Source: Parcubacteria group bacterium (lineage in GTDB: Bacteria; Patescibacteriota; Minisyncoccia; Phycocordibacterales; DATDWN01). Taken from it: 64,000 nucleotides of DNA. The stretch's first letter is position 1. Every line of letters begins with the position of its first letter. This document shows positions 61,464-64,000 of the stretch, one piece after another. Location of the stretch: assembly GCA_035438705.1 (NCBI GenBank), contig DAORIV010000003.1:4699-68698 (forward strand), read 5' to 3'. The notes below the pieces were generated by a model. The model made no database searches. It was given only the letters and a program-made list of their open reading frames with translations, and was not told where the DNA came from. A program made the position numbers and the translations under genes.

Positions 61464-62307
61464 ATATACCTGAAGACAACAATCTTCCAGCTGATGACTC
61501 TTTTATAGCAAGCTCACCTGAAGAATACTTTCCATTTTCTAGACCAAAAATCTCTTCAAGTATATTTTTATAAGTAATGTGAGAATAGACTGATGCATAG
61601 CCATTTAACACTACAGCTAGCTTATCGTCTGATAAAACATTCTTTACTTTATGTAGAAGTGGCAGTAAGTCTTCTTCTATTTTCCAAACCTTATCATTTG
61701 TACCCTTGCCATAAACCGGCGGATCCATGATAACCACTTCGTACTTATTACCTCTTTTTATTTCTCTTTCAATAAATTTCCTCACATCATCCACAATAAA
61801 ACGAACTGGGTTTTTACCCATTCCACTATCTTCCAAATTTTTCTTCGCATAAGTTACCGGAAATTCTGATGCATCAAGATGAACTACCTCTGCTCCAGCA
61901 CGACTGCATGCCAAAGTGGCACCACCAGTGTGAGCAAAAAGATTAAGAACCTTAATTTTTCTTTCACTCTGTTCTATTTTATCTTCTAGCCACTTCCAAT
62001 TTTGTGATTGCTCAGGAAACAAACCTAGATGTTTTGAAGGTAACAGTTTTAGATTAAATTTAAATCCTTCATATTCTATTTGAAACTCATCATCTATACT
62101 ATTTTTTTTATTCCATCTTCCTGAATGCTCTCCATGCGTAAAGACCGCATCGACATTATCCCAAATCTCTTTTGAAAGTGTCTTACTCCAGATAGCCTGA
62201 TTATCCGGTCTTGAAAACACCAAAGAACCGTACCTCTCGAGTTTCATTCCTTCCCCACTATCTAAAAGTTCGTAACCTTCTGACTTTTCAGTAATTAAAA
62301 TTTCCAT
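61444..62307 (-). CDS. Class I SAM-dependent methyltransferase (RlmI/RlmK-like rRNA methyltransferase fold)
   Basis: VLNLFAHTGGATLACSRAGAEVVHLD is a SAM-binding motif I, and IMDPP is motif IV. Confidence 0.6.
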   Translation of the reverse strand: MEILITEKSEGYELLDSGEGMKLERYGSLVFSRPDNQAIWSKTLSKEIWDNVDAVFTHGEHSGRWNKKNSIDDEFQIEYEGFKFNLKLLPSKHLGLFPEQSQNWKWLEDKIEQSERKIKVLNLFAHTGGATLACSRAGAEVVHLDASEFPVTYAKKNLEDSGMGKNPVRFIVDDVRKFIEREIKRGNKYEVVIMDPPVYGKGTNDKVWKIEEDLLPLLHKVKNVLSDDKLAVVLNGYASVYSHITYKNILEEIFGLENGKYSSGELAIKESSAGRLLSSGIFARWEK

Positions 62308-62310
62308 AAA

Positions 62311-62787
62311 TTATTTATTATTAATTATCACAATCGACAAAGCCCCACCATTTGATTCAGAATAGTCTGACCAATTAACCCAATTAGGTTTTATTCTATA
62401 CATAACAAAATTTTCAAAAGAATCTATTTTTGTCACTGGGGCATTCTCTTTCATTCCATATGAAGCCACATCAACATAATTTGCAAGAGAATTTTTAAGA
62501 ATTTCTTTATCTTGTACCTCAGAAATCTCTCCCTCAATTTGTATTGTTTTTGGCGGTTCAATTGTGTTAACTACAAATGCAACCTTTTTATTGATTTTTA
62601 TATTCTGATTTTTTCTAGAATTCACAGAAGTAGCAAAATATATACTAAAATCCTCATCTGCATCATAAAAAACAAAAGCTGACTCTGGACCTTCTTTACC
62701 CACAGTAGAAACAACTCCCCCTTTTTGAGACATTAAAAATGCTAAAGCGTCTTGTTTTGTTTTATTATCCATATAGACATTATACAC
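62311..62787 (-). CDS. Pyridoxamine 5'-phosphate oxidase-like FMN-binding protein (general stress protein 26 family)
   Basis: A 158-aa ORF with a split-barrel PNPOx-like sequence (VVSTVGKEGPESAFVFY..). Confidence 0.6.
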   Translation of the reverse strand: MYNVYMDNKTKQDALAFLMSQKGGVVSTVGKEGPESAFVFYDADEDFSIYFATSVNSRKNQNIKINKKVAFVVNTIEPPKTIQIEGEISEVQDKEILKNSLANYVDVASYGMKENAPVTKIDSFENFVMYRIKPNWVNWSDYSESNGGALSIVIINNK

Positions 62788-62794
62788 CCTTCAT

Positions 62795-62885
62795 GTAAAA
62801 AACTAGGCAGGTCTTGCGAAGCAATAACATTGCTTCTCACCCCACCTCGGCTCGTCAGCCTTCCGGTCTTGCGAGAGTGTCCCTA
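62795..62885 (-). repeat. Two tandem GC-rich hairpins, each followed by CGCAAGACC
   Basis: On the minus strand GAGAGTGTAGGGACACTCTC-GCAAGACC is followed by GAAGCAATGTTATTGCTTC-GCAAGACC. Confidence 0.3.
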
Positions 62886-64000
62886 CACTCTCTCACCAAT
62901 TTGTTGACGCCACATAGCATAATACAAACCCTTTTGAGAAAGCAGATCATCATGTGTTCCGGATTCTGAAACAACACCTTTCTCCAATACATATATTTTA
63001 TCGGCGTGCATTATTGTAGATAACCTATGTGCAACTAAAACCGTAATATGTTCCTTAGTGCTAGTAACATCTCTAACTGTTTTAGTAATTTCTTCCTCTG
63101 TTATTGAATCAAGTGAAGATGTGGCCTCATCAAACACAAGTAATGTGGGTTTTCTGAGCAATGCTCTTGCAATAGAAAGTCTTTGCTTTTCACCTCCTGA
63201 TATTTTTACACCTCCCTCACCAATAACAGTGTCCAAACCTTCTTTTGCTCGTGACATTAATGAATCACATGCACTCCTATGTAAGACATCTAAACACTCT
63301 TCATCTGTAGCATTTGGATTAACAAAAAGTAAATTCTCGCGAATAGACCCCGCAAAAAGTTGGGTGTCTTGAGTTACAAATCCTATTTGAGACCTTAAAT
63401 CATTTAGATTAATATTTGCACTATTAACTCTATTGTAACTTACTTCACCTTTTGTTGGGTTGTATAGACCAACAATAAGTTTAATCACGCTTGTTTTCCC
63501 AGAACCTGAAGGGCCAACAAAAGCTACTGTCTCCCCCTTACTTATATCAAAAGAAATATTATCAACTGCATTTTCAACATTATCACTGTAAGAAAATGAG
63601 ACATCCTGGAATTTTATATTTTCTAAATGTCCTACATGCTTAGAATCTACGGGAATTGGCTCAATTGGCTTATCAATTATCTCCTTATATCTTTTCAATG
63701 AAACTTCCGTCTCTCGGTAACTATTCATAACCGTACCCAACATTTGCAACGGTTCAAAGATAAAGTATGAATAAATTAGTAGTGAGAAAAATTGACCGAC
63801 AGTAATTATTCCCTTAAAAATTAATACGAACATAAAAAGCTGTATACCAGTTCTAAGGAAATTTATTATCGTCCCCTGAATAAAACTAATACTTCTAATA
63901 TACTTAAGTTTTTGAAGTTCTAGGCTAAGTATCTTTTCAGTTGTATTGTTAAGTCTTCCTATTTCCTGATCACTGAGACCTAGACTTTTTACCAACTCAA
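62883..64000 (-). CDS. ABC transporter, fused permease/ATPase exporter (MsbA-like); the 5' end lies beyond the window
   Basis: It has Walker A motif GPSGSGKTS, the ABC signature LSGGEKQRLSIARAL and Walker B LLVFDEATSSLD, and the TM region continues to the window edge. Confidence 0.85.
   Translation of the reverse strand, partial: ELVKSLGLSDQEIGRLNNTTEKILSLELQKLKYIRSISFIQGTIINFLRTGIQLFMFVLIFKGIITVGQFFSLLIYSYFIFEPLQMLGTVMNSYRETEVSLKRYKEIIDKPIEPIPVDSKHVGHLENIKFQDVSFSYSDNVENAVDNISFDISKGETVAFVGPSGSGKTSVIKLIVGLYNPTKGEVSYNRVNSANINLNDLRSQIGFVTQDTQLFAGSIRENLLFVNPNATDEECLDVLHRSACDSLMSRAKEGLDTVIGEGGVKISGGEKQRLSIARALLRKPTLLVFDEATSSLDSITEEEITKTVRDVTSTKEHITVLVAHRLSTIMHADKIYVLEKGVVSESGTHDDLLSQKGLYYAMWRQQIGERV

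Overview
This is a gene-dense, low-GC (about one third G+C) bacterial chromosomal segment read in the standard genetic code; TGA is used as a stop and there are ATGA start/stop overlaps. The gene set suggests a Candidate Phyla Radiation / Patescibacteria-like organism (inference): short pilin and pseudopilin genes, giant Cys-rich and Thr/Ser-rich secreted surface proteins, an intron-interrupted 23S rRNA with no linked 16S, and minimal metabolism.

Annotated content, in window order:
- Two tandem paralogous giant secreted surface proteins on the minus strand (1..2558, partial, and 3805..6885) that share an identical ~725-nt 3' end.
- Two anomalously GC-rich (~50% GC) lipoprotein cassettes, each with a strong Shine-Dalgarno (SD) ribosome-binding site and its own terminator.
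- A cell-envelope biosynthesis block: polyprenyl-phosphate sugar transferase, GT4 glycosyltransferase, FtsW/RodA and a vWA protein.
- A 5S-23S rRNA unit on the minus strand whose 23S gene carries two ORF-less intron-like insertions, plus rplJ-rplL.
- A 1138-aa peptidoglycan-binding surface protein.
- Housekeeping and recombination genes: ftsK, recA, a type IV pilin, recG, tRNA-Ile(UAU), ftsH, smpB with an adjacent tmRNA (ssrA), a three-gene minor-pilin operon (one member fused to a beta-propeller), efp, rpsF-ssb-rpsR, tatD, metG, glyQS and recO.
- An ileS gene carrying a complete histidine-phosphatase (PGAM-like) domain inserted in its catalytic core, preceded by a T-box leader; then argS and a mazG-like gene.
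- A GC-rich dTMP-pathway island (tmk, thyX, long-form dcd) inserted next to secE-nusG-rplK.
- SIMPL, PAP2, methyltransferase and PNPOx-like genes, and the 3' part of an ABC exporter.

The main hunt results are the IleRS-phosphatase fusion, the GC-rich horizontally acquired thymidylate island and lipoprotein cassettes, the pilin-propeller fusion, the recombinogenic surface-protein paralogs, the two rRNA introns (one holding a tRNA-like structure), and tRNA-Ile(UAU).
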